Source: an uncultured virus (IMG/VR IMGVR_UViG_3300025853_000056) (taxonomy: Duplodnaviria; Heunggongvirae; Uroviricota; Caudoviricetes). From it: a stretch of DNA of 64,000 nucleotides. The first letter of the stretch is position 1. Each line of letters opens with the position of its first letter. Positions 25,734 through 37,385 of this stretch are shown piece by piece. Where the stretch lies: the IMG/VR virus record IMGVR_UViG_3300025853_000056. One strand, given 5' to 3'. The notes beneath the pieces were generated by a model that was not told where the DNA came from, did no database searches, and saw only the letters and a program-made list of their open reading frames with translations. The position numbers were made by a program, and so were the translations under genes.

Positions 25734-28700
25734 ATGGGAGAAATTGATGTAAATGTTTCATCGTGTAAAAATCAAATTGATGTAAATTTAGTTGCTAATC
25801 CTGATATAGATATAACTGGTGTACAAAGAGGTCCTGCTGGTACAAGCGGAACTTCTGGAACAAGTGGTACATCAGGCACTAGTGGTACTTCTGGCACATC
25901 AGGTACTAGTGGCACTTCTGGTACTAGTGGTACATCAGGAACGAGTGGGACTAGTGGTACATCAGGAACTTCTGGCACATCAGGCACTTCAGGAACTAGT
26001 GGAACTAGCGGTACGTCAGGAACATCAGGGACATCAGGTACTTCAGGAACTAGTGGAACTAGTGGAACTAGCGGTACGTCAGGAACATCAGGTACATCTG
26101 GTTTAGATGGTAATTACGGTGGTTTATCATTTAAATATAATTTTTCTACAAGTACAGCAGATCAGAATCCCGGCGCGGGAGATTTTGCATTTAATTCTTC
26201 TACTCAATCTTTAACGACTAGAGTTAATATTAGCAGTGAGGATATATATGGTTCTGATATCGCTGCATTTTTAAGAACAATTGATGATTCTAATTCTGGA
26301 GTAAAAGGTCATTTAATAATTACAAAGTTATTTGATCCAGAAAAATTTATTCTTTTTACATTAAGTGCCTCAGTAGAATATTCTGGATACTTTAAAATAA
26401 CAGTTTCAAGAGTAGATAGCTCTGAAACAAATCCATTTTCAAATAGTGATGATTGTATAATTAGCTTTGCTAGAACTGGTGATGCTGGAACTAGTGGCAC
26501 ATCAGGAACATCAGGCACTTCTGGAACATCAGGGACTAGTGGTACATCTGGAACAAGTGGTACTTCAGGGACTTCTGGTACTAGTGGAACTTCTGGAACC
26601 TCTGGTACTAGTGGAACCAGTGGAACTAGTGGGACTTCAGGCACTTCAGGAACAAGTGGAACTTCTGGCACATCAGGAACTTCTGGAACCAGTGGAACTT
26701 CTGGCACATCAGGAACTTCTGGAACCAGTGGAACTTCTGGAACCAGTGGAACTTCTGGCACATCAGGAACATCAGGAACTTCTGGGACAAGTGGAACTTC
26801 TGGTACGTCAGGAACATCTGGTACAAGTGGTACATCAGGAACTTCAGGCACAAGTGGAACTTCTGGAAGTTCTGGATCTTCTGGTACTTCTGGGCAAGAT
26901 GGTAATTTTGGTGGCGCGACTTTTGATTACACTTTTGATACTGATACGACTAATAGTGATCCCGGCGCTGGTAAATTAAAATTTGATAATTCTAATATTT
27001 CTTTAGCGAACAATTTATATATTGATGATACTGATGATAGTGGAACAAATATTGATAGTTTCTTGAGAACTATTGATGATTCAACTTCTACAATAAAAGG
27101 TCACTTTAGAGTATCAGAAAAATTTGATACGAATAATTTTGCCTTATATACAATTTCATCTCTTACTGAATATAGTGGATATTACGATGTTGTTTGTGCA
27201 TATGTCTCAGGTAGTGTTACTTCTTTTTCAAGTAATCCTGATATTGTAATTACATTCGCTAGAACAGGCGATAAAGGTGACCCCGGAACCAGTGGAACTT
27301 CTGGAACTTCAGGAACAAGTGGAAGTTCAGGAACTTCTGGTACGTCAGGAACTTCAGGAACCAGTGGTACTTCAGGAACTTCTGGTACTAGCGGAACTAG
27401 CGGAACTAGCGGAACCTCTGGAACTTCTGGAACTTCTGGTACATCAGGAACAAGTGGTAGCAGTGGATCTTCTGGATCATCTGGCTCCAGCGGTAGTTCA
27501 GGAACTAGCGGAACTTCTGGTACTAGTGGTTCTAGTGGAACTTCAGGTACTTCAGGAACAAGTGGAACCTCTGGTACATCAGGTACTAGTGGCACTTCAG
27601 GAACTTCTGGAACGAGTGGAACTTCTGGCACATCAGGGACCTCTGGAACTTCTGGTACATCAGGGACCTCTGGAACTTCTGGTACATCGGGAACAAGTGG
27701 CACTTCTGGAAGTAGTGGAAGTTCTGGATCTTCTGGAACATCTGGGCAAGATGGTAATTTTGGTGGTGCGGCATTTAAATATAATTTTGATAATTCTACT
27801 ACTGATTCAGATCCGGGTTCTGGTAATTTTAGATTGAATCAATCTACGCAGAATACTGCGACAAGAATTTATATAGATGATGAGGATTTAGATGGTTCTG
27901 ACATTCAACCTTATTTAAGAACTATAGATGATAGTACTTCTACTATAAAAGGGCATGTAAAAATAAGTAAATTATTTGATACATCTTCTTTCTTGTTATT
28001 TACTATAAGCGCCGCAATAAGTGAACCGACTGGGTACTTTGTAATAACTGTTTCTCCTATTGATGAATCAACAGCAAGTCCATTTAGTAATGGTGATGAT
28101 TGTGTACTAACATTCGCAAGAACAGGTGATAAAGGTGACCCCGGAACCAGTGGAACTTCTGGAACAAGTGGAACCTCTGGCACTAGTGGTACTAGTGGTA
28201 CATCTGGAACTTCAGGCACATCTGGAACCAGTGGTACATCTGGTACGTCTGGAACTTCTGGGACAAGTGGCACATCAGGCACTTCTGGAACAAGTGGTAC
28301 ATCAGGAACTTCTGGCACAAGCGGTACATCAGGTACTAGTGGAACTAGCGGCACAAGTGGAACCTCTGGAACATCTGGTAGTTCAGGAACATCAGGAACT
28401 AGCGGTACAAGTGGAACTTCTGGAACGAGTGGGACTAGTGGTACATCAGGTACTAGTGGAACTAGCGGCACAAGTGGAACCTCTGGAACATCTGGTAGTT
28501 CAGGAACATCAGGAACTAGTGGCACAAGTGGAACTTCTGGAACGAGTGGGACTAGTGGTACATCAGGTAGTTCAGGAACATCTGGTAGTTCAGGAACATC
28601 AGGAACTAGCGGTACTAGTGGAACCTCTGGAACGAGTGGGACTAGTGGTACATCAGGTACTAGTGGAACTAGCGGCACAAGTGGAACCTCTGGAACATCT

Positions 28701-31634
28701 GGCAGTTCAGGAACATCAGGAACTAGCGGTACAAGTGGAACTTCTGGAACTTCTGGAACTTCTGGAACGAGTGGTACATCAGGAACTAGTGGCACAAGTG
28801 GTACATCAGGAACTAGTGGCACAAGTGGAACCTCTGGTCAAGATGGTAATTTTGGTGGCGCATCATTTAAGTATAATTTTGATTCTACAACAACAGAAGC
28901 TGATCCGGGCGCAGGTAATTTTAGATTAAATAATTCTACTCAGAATACTGCTACAGCAATATATATAGATGATGAAGATTTGGATGGAAGTGATATCCAG
29001 CCTTATTTGCGCACGATAGATGATTCTACATCAACAATTAAAGGACATGTAAAAGTAAGCAAGTTATATGATAGCTCTGCTTTTATAATGTTTGCAATTA
29101 GCAGCGCAGTATCAGAACAAACAGGATATTTTAAAGTAGTTGTAAGTCCGGTTGATGAATCAACGGCTAGTCCATTTTCCAACGGCGATGATTGTATACT
29201 AACTTTCGCACGTACAGGTGATAAAGGTGATCCGGGTACCAGCGGAACAAGTGGTACTAGTGGAACCTCTGGAACTTCAGGGACAAGTGGTACTTCTGGT
29301 ATTAGCGGAACATTCAGCGGCACAGATAGTTATTTTCTATATAAAACAGGATCTACAACTGCTACTGCTGATGGTATTTATTATGATTCTTCTAATAGTC
29401 TAGTAGGAATAAATCAATCAAGCCCAAGCTCATTTAATTCTGCTGCTGATGATCTTGTAATAGGAAACACTTCTTCTACGACTGATCATGGTATCACTAT
29501 AGTTGCTGGGTCTACTACAAGTGCTAGTAGAATTAATTTTGCAGATGGTACTTCTGGGGCAGCAGCTTATGCTGGAAGTATAAATTATTATCATGATACA
29601 AATAGACTTTCTTTCGCAACAAATGCGTCAATTGGAATGTCGCTTGATATTAATGGTAATTTAGGCGTAGGAACTATAAGTCCAGCTTCTTCGTTACATA
29701 TATCTGGTTCTGGTCATGAAGCATTAAAAATAACGGCTGGCACATCTAGTGACGCTCAAATTCATTTTGGCGATTCTGCTGATAATGATGCCGGTATGAT
29801 CAATTATGATAATGCGCAGGATGCGATGAAGTTCGTTGTTAATACTCTTGAGAGAATGCGTATTACATCTGTTGGGAATGTCGGCATAGGCACTACAACC
29901 CCTACTTCAAAGCTGGAAATAGTTAATTCAGCTAACTCTGCGTTTTTAGTTAATACTGGAGCTGGGACAGGTTATACATATTTAAAATCAACTAATACGG
30001 GCGGCGAATTTATTTTAGGTATTAACAGAAGCGATGGTGTTTTATTTAGCAGTGGTTTAGCTTACGCGACTTCTTTAGGCACTACAGGAAGTACAGCTTT
30101 ACAATTTTATACAAACAACAGCCCTAGAGTAACTGTTGATACAAGTGGAAATGTAGGTATAGGTACAACAAGTCCGGGTTTTAAATTAAATGTAGTTTCT
30201 AGTGATACTATTCCAGCGAGGATTACTGGATCAAGTTTAGCAGGGTTATCTTATAACATAATTGAAAATAATGCTGCGTCAAATGCTGCTAATAGAATTG
30301 GCTTAGAATTTAGAGCAAATACAAGTACTTCTAATAGACAAGTATTATTGTTTCAAACTCAACACATCGATGCAACGGATGCTACAAGGACTAGCAGAAC
30401 CATTTTTTATCAAAACGACAGCGGAACTCAGTATAATGTTTTAGCATTAGACGGAGCAAATGTTGGCGTAGGAATTTCAAATACACTATCTAAATTACAT
30501 ATTAACTCTGGAGCTATTCTACTTACTGATGTTATTACATATGCAGCGAATCAGGATAGCGCATATTTAATTCCAGCAACTAGTGGCTATACAGGAGCTA
30601 CCACAAATTGGAATACATTTGGTTTTCAGCATAGATTAAAAAGTGATAGTGGTGGAACTCCTCGCGTCACTATTGATACAAATAGTGGAGAAAGGTTCTA
30701 TGTAGATAATAATGGCAGAACCTATCTGGCTAATGATACTGGTATCGGTACAACTCCAAACAGCAGTATTAGATTACTTGTAAGTGGGAACATGCGTGTT
30801 ACTACTGGTGTGGAGTTAGCCACTACTTCTGGTTCTGTTGGCATAGGTATTACAAGCCCTAGCTGTAAACTACAAGTAGAATTAAGTAATACATCTGCTT
30901 ATTCATCTTCCTCATCTTCTGCTGACCATGTGCAAATTCGTACATTACAAAGCACAACAACGAGCGGAGCATATTCATCTATCAGAATGGTAGCTAGCTC
31001 TAACAGTGGGACTAATAATGCAGTTGGTATAATTAATTTAGTTTCCCCTACAAATGGGAACAATGATAGTGCATTTACTTTTCAATTAAGAGACTCTTCT
31101 TCTGTTTATGCAGAAAAATTAAGAATAAAAGCTGATGGTCAGGTACAGTTCAACACTTATGGATCAGGAAATAATACAGGAACAGTTGCGCAAAAGTTAG
31201 CTGTAGATTCTTCCGGTAATATTATTGAAACAGATGTAGAAAAATATTTAACGACTACCGGCGGAACTATTGATACAGGATTTACTGCTGATGATTTTAG
31301 AATGTTGGAAATTATAGGTCATGCTAATCCTAATAGTGCAGGTTCTGCTTCTTATAGAGATCCGATACATATTTATGTGTATAATGGTGTGGGGTGGAAT
31401 GGTTCAGCTGTAACTAATTATATATATACTGTTCAGATAGCTCCTCTTGCTAGGGAGGTATTTACGAGTGGTTCTAGTAGTTCAGCTAATGTTATTGAAG
31501 CTGTATTTTTAACTGGTTCAACTGAATCAGATGATTGTCCGAATAGTTCAGCAAGTAGTTATCAAGTAAGATTAAAAATTTCTAATTATGGAGGTAATTC
31601 ATATTTTCAAGTTAAGGTGATTAAAAGGTTCTAA
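25734..31634 (+). CDS. Giant virion fibre protein with five (Gly-Thr-Ser)n tracts, four copies of a ~130-aa domain and GNVGIGT modules
   Basis: Translation; repeated DGNFGG...LRTIDDS..KGH...FARTGD domain. Confidence 0.8.
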   Translation: MGEIDVNVSSCKNQIDVNLVANPDIDITGVQRGPAGTSGTSGTSGTSGTSGTSGTSGTSGTSGTSGTSGTSGTSGTSGTSGTSGTSGTSGTSGTSGTSGTSGTSGTSGTSGTSGTSGTSGTSGLDGNYGGLSFKYNFSTSTADQNPGAGDFAFNSSTQSLTTRVNISSEDIYGSDIAAFLRTIDDSNSGVKGHLIITKLFDPEKFILFTLSASVEYSGYFKITVSRVDSSETNPFSNSDDCIISFARTGDAGTSGTSGTSGTSGTSGTSGTSGTSGTSGTSGTSGTSGTSGTSGTSGTSGTSGTSGTSGTSGTSGTSGTSGTSGTSGTSGTSGTSGTSGTSGTSGTSGTSGTSGTSGTSGTSGTSGTSGTSGTSGTSGSSGSSGTSGQDGNFGGATFDYTFDTDTTNSDPGAGKLKFDNSNISLANNLYIDDTDDSGTNIDSFLRTIDDSTSTIKGHFRVSEKFDTNNFALYTISSLTEYSGYYDVVCAYVSGSVTSFSSNPDIVITFARTGDKGDPGTSGTSGTSGTSGSSGTSGTSGTSGTSGTSGTSGTSGTSGTSGTSGTSGTSGTSGTSGSSGSSGSSGSSGSSGTSGTSGTSGSSGTSGTSGTSGTSGTSGTSGTSGTSGTSGTSGTSGTSGTSGTSGTSGTSGTSGTSGTSGSSGSSGSSGTSGQDGNFGGAAFKYNFDNSTTDSDPGSGNFRLNQSTQNTATRIYIDDEDLDGSDIQPYLRTIDDSTSTIKGHVKISKLFDTSSFLLFTISAAISEPTGYFVITVSPIDESTASPFSNGDDCVLTFARTGDKGDPGTSGTSGTSGTSGTSGTSGTSGTSGTSGTSGTSGTSGTSGTSGTSGTSGTSGTSGTSGTSGTSGTSGTSGTSGTSGTSGSSGTSGTSGTSGTSGTSGTSGTSGTSGTSGTSGTSGTSGSSGTSGTSGTSGTSGTSGTSGTSGSSGTSGSSGTSGTSGTSGTSGTSGTSGTSGTSGTSGTSGTSGTSGSSGTSGTSGTSGTSGTSGTSGTSGTSGTSGTSGTSGTSGTSGTSGQDGNFGGASFKYNFDSTTTEADPGAGNFRLNNSTQNTATAIYIDDEDLDGSDIQPYLRTIDDSTSTIKGHVKVSKLYDSSAFIMFAISSAVSEQTGYFKVVVSPVDESTASPFSNGDDCILTFARTGDKGDPGTSGTSGTSGTSGTSGTSGTSGISGTFSGTDSYFLYKTGSTTATADGIYYDSSNSLVGINQSSPSSFNSAADDLVIGNTSSTTDHGITIVAGSTTSASRINFADGTSGAAAYAGSINYYHDTNRLSFATNASIGMSLDINGNLGVGTISPASSLHISGSGHEALKITAGTSSDAQIHFGDSADNDAGMINYDNAQDAMKFVVNTLERMRITSVGNVGIGTTTPTSKLEIVNSANSAFLVNTGAGTGYTYLKSTNTGGEFILGINRSDGVLFSSGLAYATSLGTTGSTALQFYTNNSPRVTVDTSGNVGIGTTSPGFKLNVVSSDTIPARITGSSLAGLSYNIIENNAASNAANRIGLEFRANTSTSNRQVLLFQTQHIDATDATRTSRTIFYQNDSGTQYNVLALDGANVGVGISNTLSKLHINSGAILLTDVITYAANQDSAYLIPATSGYTGATTNWNTFGFQHRLKSDSGGTPRVTIDTNSGERFYVDNNGRTYLANDTGIGTTPNSSIRLLVSGNMRVTTGVELATTSGSVGIGITSPSCKLQVELSNTSAYSSSSSSADHVQIRTLQSTTTSGAYSSIRMVASSNSGTNNAVGIINLVSPTNGNNDSAFTFQLRDSSSVYAEKLRIKADGQVQFNTYGSGNNTGTVAQKLAVDSSGNIIETDVEKYLTTTGGTIDTGFTADDFRMLEIIGHANPNSAGSASYRDPIHIYVYNGVGWNGSAVTNYIYTVQIAPLAREVFTSGSSSSANVIEAVFLTGSTESDDCPNSSASSYQVRLKISNYGGNSYFQVKVIKRF
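25839..29320 (+). repeat. 9-bp-period coding tandem repeats (GTS codons) in five tracts: ~25839-26102, 26487-26894, 27285-27745, 28143-28838, 29236-29320
   Basis: Directly visible ggN acN tcN/agY triplets. Confidence 0.95.
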
Positions 31635-31636
31635 GT

Positions 31637-34600
31637 ATGTCAAAAACTTATTATAATATTTATAAAGACTCAAGCGGTAGTGTGGGAATAGGAACTACTA
31701 GCCCCGGCTCAAAACTAGACGTTGCTAGTGGAGAGGTCAGGATTAGTTCTGGCAATGGACCAACTACACATCTTAATTATCTTAATAACGGCCTGAATTA
31801 TATATCGATGGCTGATAACCAAGGCACATATATAAGAAGCACCAGCGCTGCTAGAATGGTTATTCTTGGTGGTGGCAATGTCGGTGTAGGAACTTCAAGT
31901 CCCGATTCTAGATTTCATGTAGTTAATAATGATTTTGTTCTTTTCGAAAATACTACAGCTAGTGCAAATAGTTTATTAAAACTAAAAACTGCGTCACGCA
32001 CTTGGCAAATGTCAGTAAGAGAAGCTGATTTATCTGGAGCCTTGACATTCAGAAATGAAACAGCAGGAACTGACGATTTAGTTATTAATACATCTGGTAA
32101 TGTCGGGATAGGTACTACAAGTCCTAATGCAAAATTAGAAATTTCAGGAGATACTAGATCTGGTGGAAGAATACTATATGGTGGCACCGAAAGTAATTAT
32201 TTAACAGGGGTTTCTTATGCTTCTATATATGGTACAGCAGATACTTTTGAAAGTGTTAGTGGGTTATTTGGTTCTTTAGTATTACAATCTAGATCAAATA
32301 CAGATAGACCAATAATTTTTGTTACTGGAGCAACTCCTAGTGAAAAAATGCGGCTATCCTCCAGCGGATCGCTGGGAATAGGTACTGCAAGTCCATCTGG
32401 GAAGTTAGATTTAGTTGGTAATTTAATTATTAATGGAGCATCTAACAGCAACGTTGCGCAACAAGTATTTACTAGAACAGATGTTTCTTGGGGTATTTTT
32501 AATGAAACTAATTTAAGATTTTATAGCTCAAATAGCAATACGACTAGCCCATCTACCTTAAGGTTTCAAATTGATTCAAGCGGTAATGTTGGTATAGGTG
32601 CTCCAAGTCCGGGTTCTAAACTTACAATAAGTGATGGTGACATTAAACTTCAAGGAAGTCGTTCTGGAGATGCAGATATTCAGTCAATTATATGGCATAA
32701 CACTAATTCGTCAGGATTTGATGTTGCTAAAATTGTAGGCAAAACAGGAACTAATATTTATGAGGGTATCATAGGATTTGAAACCAAAGATTCTGGAGGC
32801 ACAATGGCTGAAAGAATGCGTATTACTTCTGCTGGTCAATTACAAGTTACAGGTAATGGTGTTATAAGTAATCATGAAAGTGGTGGTAATTTTAGTTACC
32901 TACAGCAGACCTCTTCTGATGCTAGATTATATGTGCAATATTCACAGCCTTTATTGTTTGGTACAGCAGCGACAGAAAGAATGCGTATTGACGCAAATGG
33001 CAATGTCGGTATAGGTACTACAAGTCCATCTAATAAATTATATGTTGTTGGGGAATCAACATTTGCAGGTAAAGTAAATATTCTAACCGCAAGCACAGAT
33101 GGTATTTTGCGATTAGGTGGAGGGGATGGGTCATCTGGAACCAATAATCGTGTTCAGATGTCTTTTGGTTACAATGGGACCCTCACTTACGAGCATTATA
33201 TAGTTACTAGGCATAATGCCGGAACTTCAGATTATAATGCTTTTGACTTTTATACAAATGACGGAACTTCATCAGGAACATATCCAACTAATGCTGTTCA
33301 TAACTTAACTTTAAATGGCGGTAAAGTTGGTATAGGTACTACAAGTCCCGGCACTTTACTTCATGTCTACCAAGACTCTGCTTCTTCTTTAGAAGTATTA
33401 TTTGAGAATGATGGAACTGGTCAAGTTGGCTTAACTTTAAGAACAGACAGAAATAGTGATGGCAATCTTGCTGGTTTTATTAACTTTGATGCTAATGATG
33501 ATGGCGGCAATAACACTCGTTACGCCACTATTGAGTCATTTATAGTTGATAACACTGATACAACTGAAGATGGTCGCTTAACATTCAGTACTTTTGTCGC
33601 AGGAACTGACACCGAAACCATGCACATTACTGGTGGCAATGTTGGTATAGGTACAACAAGTCCTAGTGCGCCGTTAGAGATCGCTGGAGCTGCGAGTGCT
33701 ACCGATACTGGTATCACCATTAAGAATGGGAGCGCAACTCGCCTTAGGTTATTCCACAATGATAACGCAGGTACTAGCTATTTAACATCATACGATGGTG
33801 TAGGTGCAGCTCAAGCTCTTAGTATTAGAAGCGGTAACAAACTCTACATGTCAGGAGGTGGAGGCTCCACACACGTTACAGTTGATACTTCTGGTAACGT
33901 TGGTATAGGAACTACAAGTCCATCAGGTAAACTTCACATATTTAACAATAGTTCGGGAGCTACCGCCATAAGTCAGCAGCAATTAATAGTTGAGAATAAC
34001 TCTGCTACAGGGATAGGCATTTTAACTCCTAGTACAACTTCTGGGTATCTTTTCTTTGGGGATAATAATGATGCTCAACGTGGTTATATTACTTATAATC
34101 ACTCTTCGGATGAGATGAAGTTTAAAGTCGCTGGATCTGAAAGAGTATTTATTAATTCCTCTGGTAATGTTGGTATAGGTACTGCAAGTCCTGTCTCTAA
34201 ACTTCATGTATCTGCAAGCGCAAGTGGAGATGCGGCAAACTTATTGTTAACCAACACTAACGACACAAACGGAGACACGGCTAGTATTCAGTTTTCGACG
34301 ACTGATAGTGCATTGTATAATAAAGCTGCTATATATTTTGAACGGACAGATTTACAGGGTGAAGGATCATTACATTTAGCCACCAGTAACACCGGTAATA
34401 GTACAAGCGTTACTAAATCTGACGCCCGATTAACAATAACCAAAGATGGTAATGTTGGTATAGGTACTACAAGTCCAAGTGAGAAGTTACATATAAAGAG
34501 GTCATCGGGAACTGGTTGTTTCGTGCGTTTTGAAGATACTGGTGGTTCGGGAGTTTATATTGGGGGAAGGTCTAATAGAATGGAGCTTTACGCAGGTGGG

Positions 34601-37378
34601 GTTGAACGTATACGTATTGCTTCTAACGGTCAGATCCGATTTAATACATATGGTTCTGGGACTTTTACTGGTACGACTGCCAAGGTTTTAGCTGTTGATA
34701 GTTCTGGTAATATAATTGAAACTAATTCTGGTTCTGGATCTGTTACTTCTAGCAGCTCGACAACAAATTATTTAACTAAATGGACTAATGGTGGATCAGA
34801 AATTCTAGGTAATTCTATTGCTTATGATGATGGAACTAATATAGGTATAGGTACAACAAGTCCGAATGAAAAATTAGATGTTAATGGGTTTATTAAGTCA
34901 AGTACGTATGGTTTTTATGCGGGTCGTACAGACTCGAATGGTACTTCATTTGGTTCAGGCGTTCCAACGATCCTTTTAAGGGGTAGTAGTTCTAACGCTT
35001 CATACTCCGCAAGGGCTGGCGCACTGTGGTTTAAGCGCTACGATGGAACTGACACAGCAGCACTATACTCGACTGATGGGACTGACGGTTATGGATTGGT
35101 AATGGCAGCGTATCAGGGAGATATCAAATTTGCTACTAGTACTCTTAATGGATATAAAATGACTATCCTTTCAGGAGGTAGTGTTGGTATAGGTACAACA
35201 AGTCCATCTTCCAAATTAGATGTCAATGGATCTGCTGCGTTTGGGTCCGCCGCAACCAGACTAACCACCTACAGTGATGTATCATATTCAGGCATCTACA
35301 ATGGTTCTAGCCTCTATACCGACGAGGCATTTTATTTTGGGACAGGCAAAATTTACTTCATTGCTGACGGATCAGAACGGATGCGTTTGACAACGACTGG
35401 ATTGGGCATAGGTACTACAAGTCCATCTGCTAAATTAGATATTAGAGGAACAGGAGCTGATGGTACAGAATTATTAAGAATAGAGTCTGACGGAGATGTT
35501 GCTGATGGAGGATATCATTGGATGACTTCTGAAATGGCATCAAGTCAGTCAACTAATGCTAATATTGTTCATTTAATAGGTGTAGCTGAGAGTACTAAAA
35601 ATTCTGCATATATTGGTTTCCATTACGCTGGTGCCGGAAGCAATTCCAATTATCTTACATTGGGAGGCTATGCTGCAAATAATCTGTTGATTATAAAAAT
35701 GGATGGGAACGTTGGTATAGGTACTACAAGTCCATCTGCGCCTTTGCATAGTACGGGAACTATACGGGTAGGCTCCAGCCCTTTTACTGATTATAAGGCT
35801 GCCCAGCAATATAGTAGCTCAAATTATGAAGTCGCTTTAGCTAGTGGTACTTTTAAAATATCAGACGGAAACAATGATGCTAAACTTGCAGTAGTTATAT
35901 CTACTGGTAACGTTGGTATAGGTACTACAAGTCCTGATTATAAATTAGATGTAAGAGATTCAAGTGCGGCCACAAGAATAGTTGTTCGAAATGAAAATAA
36001 TGCTGCTGGTGGCGCTGGTATATATTTGCGAACATTCAACGGAGGTACTCAAGTTAGTAATGCGACCATAAGAACCAACAATTCTGGTTCCCTTGGTATA
36101 TTTACTGGTACAAGTGGGGAAGCAGAGCGGTTAACTATTAATAGTAGCGGCAATGTTGGTATAGGTACTACAAGTCCTACTGACAAATTACATGTGGTTG
36201 GAAACCTTAAAATTGCTGGGAACATAAATCCTGCTGCTGATGCTACCTATAGTATTGGAACATCTTCTTTAAGGTGGCTTGCTACATACACAGCAAGGCT
36301 ATTAGCTGGAGATGGTAGCGCTAGTGCTCCGGGTATTACATTCATTAATGATACTAATACTGGATTGTTTAGATCTACCAATGATACTTTAAACATTAGT
36401 GTAGGAGGAACAGAAATAGCCTACTTTGTTAGTTCTGGTTTTTATATTGCTAATAATATAAATGGCCTACTTTATGAACCAGTTGAAGGTGGAGTTGCGG
36501 GTGGCAGGTATTACTTGATGTTTGATTACACCAACAATGCTTCTTACCCATTTTTAACTAACCGCACTCCTTCTGGTAAAGTTGTTATTAAAACAGGTAC
36601 TGCTGCTGGTGGCGGAGAAAATACACATTTCACGATTGAAGGTGGCGATGGGACAGTTGATGCATATTTTGAAAATGCAAACGTTGGTATAGGTACTACA
36701 AGTCCTGCTACTGCATTACATGTAAGTGGAAGTGCTCTTGCGAATACTTTATATGCTGGTAGTTCTACTTCTGCTGCAATAGTTATAGATAGCTCAACAA
36801 TATATAGACCCAATAGCTTCTTTCAAATTATAGGCGGTGGATCTCAGTCCACTAGAAATAATATTAAATTTACTAATGGAGCAGGACTTGTAATTGATGG
36901 TGGAAGCGGAGAAACTTCTGGCGTAGAAATAAAAGGTGGTGGTGGTGATGTAAAATTCACTCAGGGTAATGTTGGTATAGGCACTACAAGTCCCGGCTAT
37001 AAATTAGAAGTTAATGGAAGTTTCGCCGCAACTACTAAATCATTCGTAATAGATCATCCTACTAAAGAAGGTAAAAGGTTAGTATATGCCTCATTAGAAG
37101 GTCCTGAGAATGGTGTTTACGTTCGTGGTCGTGGGGATTCAGATGTTATTGAGTTGCCAGATTATTGGGTTGGGTTGGTTCATGAGGATTCAATTACAGT
37201 TCAAATAACTGCAAAAGGCAAGGATGAAAACAACAAAATCAGGAAGTATAGTGTAAATGATATAGTAGATAATAAAGTGTATATTTATACAGATAGCGGC
37301 GATAATATATATAGTTATTTTTATATAGTTCACGCTGAAAGAAAAGATGTGGATAAGTTACAAGTGGAAATAGATTAA
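31637..37378 (+). CDS. Modular fibre protein with GNVGIGTTSP repeats and C-terminal intramolecular-chaperone-like domain
   Basis: About 19 GxVGIGTxSP-type repeats; KSFVIDHP...LEGPENGVYVRG...IELPDYW tail. Confidence 0.8.
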   Translation: MSKTYYNIYKDSSGSVGIGTTSPGSKLDVASGEVRISSGNGPTTHLNYLNNGLNYISMADNQGTYIRSTSAARMVILGGGNVGVGTSSPDSRFHVVNNDFVLFENTTASANSLLKLKTASRTWQMSVREADLSGALTFRNETAGTDDLVINTSGNVGIGTTSPNAKLEISGDTRSGGRILYGGTESNYLTGVSYASIYGTADTFESVSGLFGSLVLQSRSNTDRPIIFVTGATPSEKMRLSSSGSLGIGTASPSGKLDLVGNLIINGASNSNVAQQVFTRTDVSWGIFNETNLRFYSSNSNTTSPSTLRFQIDSSGNVGIGAPSPGSKLTISDGDIKLQGSRSGDADIQSIIWHNTNSSGFDVAKIVGKTGTNIYEGIIGFETKDSGGTMAERMRITSAGQLQVTGNGVISNHESGGNFSYLQQTSSDARLYVQYSQPLLFGTAATERMRIDANGNVGIGTTSPSNKLYVVGESTFAGKVNILTASTDGILRLGGGDGSSGTNNRVQMSFGYNGTLTYEHYIVTRHNAGTSDYNAFDFYTNDGTSSGTYPTNAVHNLTLNGGKVGIGTTSPGTLLHVYQDSASSLEVLFENDGTGQVGLTLRTDRNSDGNLAGFINFDANDDGGNNTRYATIESFIVDNTDTTEDGRLTFSTFVAGTDTETMHITGGNVGIGTTSPSAPLEIAGAASATDTGITIKNGSATRLRLFHNDNAGTSYLTSYDGVGAAQALSIRSGNKLYMSGGGGSTHVTVDTSGNVGIGTTSPSGKLHIFNNSSGATAISQQQLIVENNSATGIGILTPSTTSGYLFFGDNNDAQRGYITYNHSSDEMKFKVAGSERVFINSSGNVGIGTASPVSKLHVSASASGDAANLLLTNTNDTNGDTASIQFSTTDSALYNKAAIYFERTDLQGEGSLHLATSNTGNSTSVTKSDARLTITKDGNVGIGTTSPSEKLHIKRSSGTGCFVRFEDTGGSGVYIGGRSNRMELYAGGVERIRIASNGQIRFNTYGSGTFTGTTAKVLAVDSSGNIIETNSGSGSVTSSSSTTNYLTKWTNGGSEILGNSIAYDDGTNIGIGTTSPNEKLDVNGFIKSSTYGFYAGRTDSNGTSFGSGVPTILLRGSSSNASYSARAGALWFKRYDGTDTAALYSTDGTDGYGLVMAAYQGDIKFATSTLNGYKMTILSGGSVGIGTTSPSSKLDVNGSAAFGSAATRLTTYSDVSYSGIYNGSSLYTDEAFYFGTGKIYFIADGSERMRLTTTGLGIGTTSPSAKLDIRGTGADGTELLRIESDGDVADGGYHWMTSEMASSQSTNANIVHLIGVAESTKNSAYIGFHYAGAGSNSNYLTLGGYAANNLLIIKMDGNVGIGTTSPSAPLHSTGTIRVGSSPFTDYKAAQQYSSSNYEVALASGTFKISDGNNDAKLAVVISTGNVGIGTTSPDYKLDVRDSSAATRIVVRNENNAAGGAGIYLRTFNGGTQVSNATIRTNNSGSLGIFTGTSGEAERLTINSSGNVGIGTTSPTDKLHVVGNLKIAGNINPAADATYSIGTSSLRWLATYTARLLAGDGSASAPGITFINDTNTGLFRSTNDTLNISVGGTEIAYFVSSGFYIANNINGLLYEPVEGGVAGGRYYLMFDYTNNASYPFLTNRTPSGKVVIKTGTAAGGGENTHFTIEGGDGTVDAYFENANVGIGTTSPATALHVSGSALANTLYAGSSTSAAIVIDSSTIYRPNSFFQIIGGGSQSTRNNIKFTNGAGLVIDGGSGETSGVEIKGGGGDVKFTQGNVGIGTTSPGYKLEVNGSFAATTKSFVIDHPTKEGKRLVYASLEGPENGVYVRGRGDSDVIELPDYWVGLVHEDSITVQITAKGKDENNKIRKYSVNDIVDNKVYIYTDSGDNIYSYFYIVHAERKDVDKLQVEID

Positions 37379-37385
37379 TAAAAAT

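Noticed and set aside
25772..29403. Alternative-frame ORFs (VPEVPLVP... and LELLEH...)
   Set aside because: Shadow frames of the 9-bp GTS repeat.
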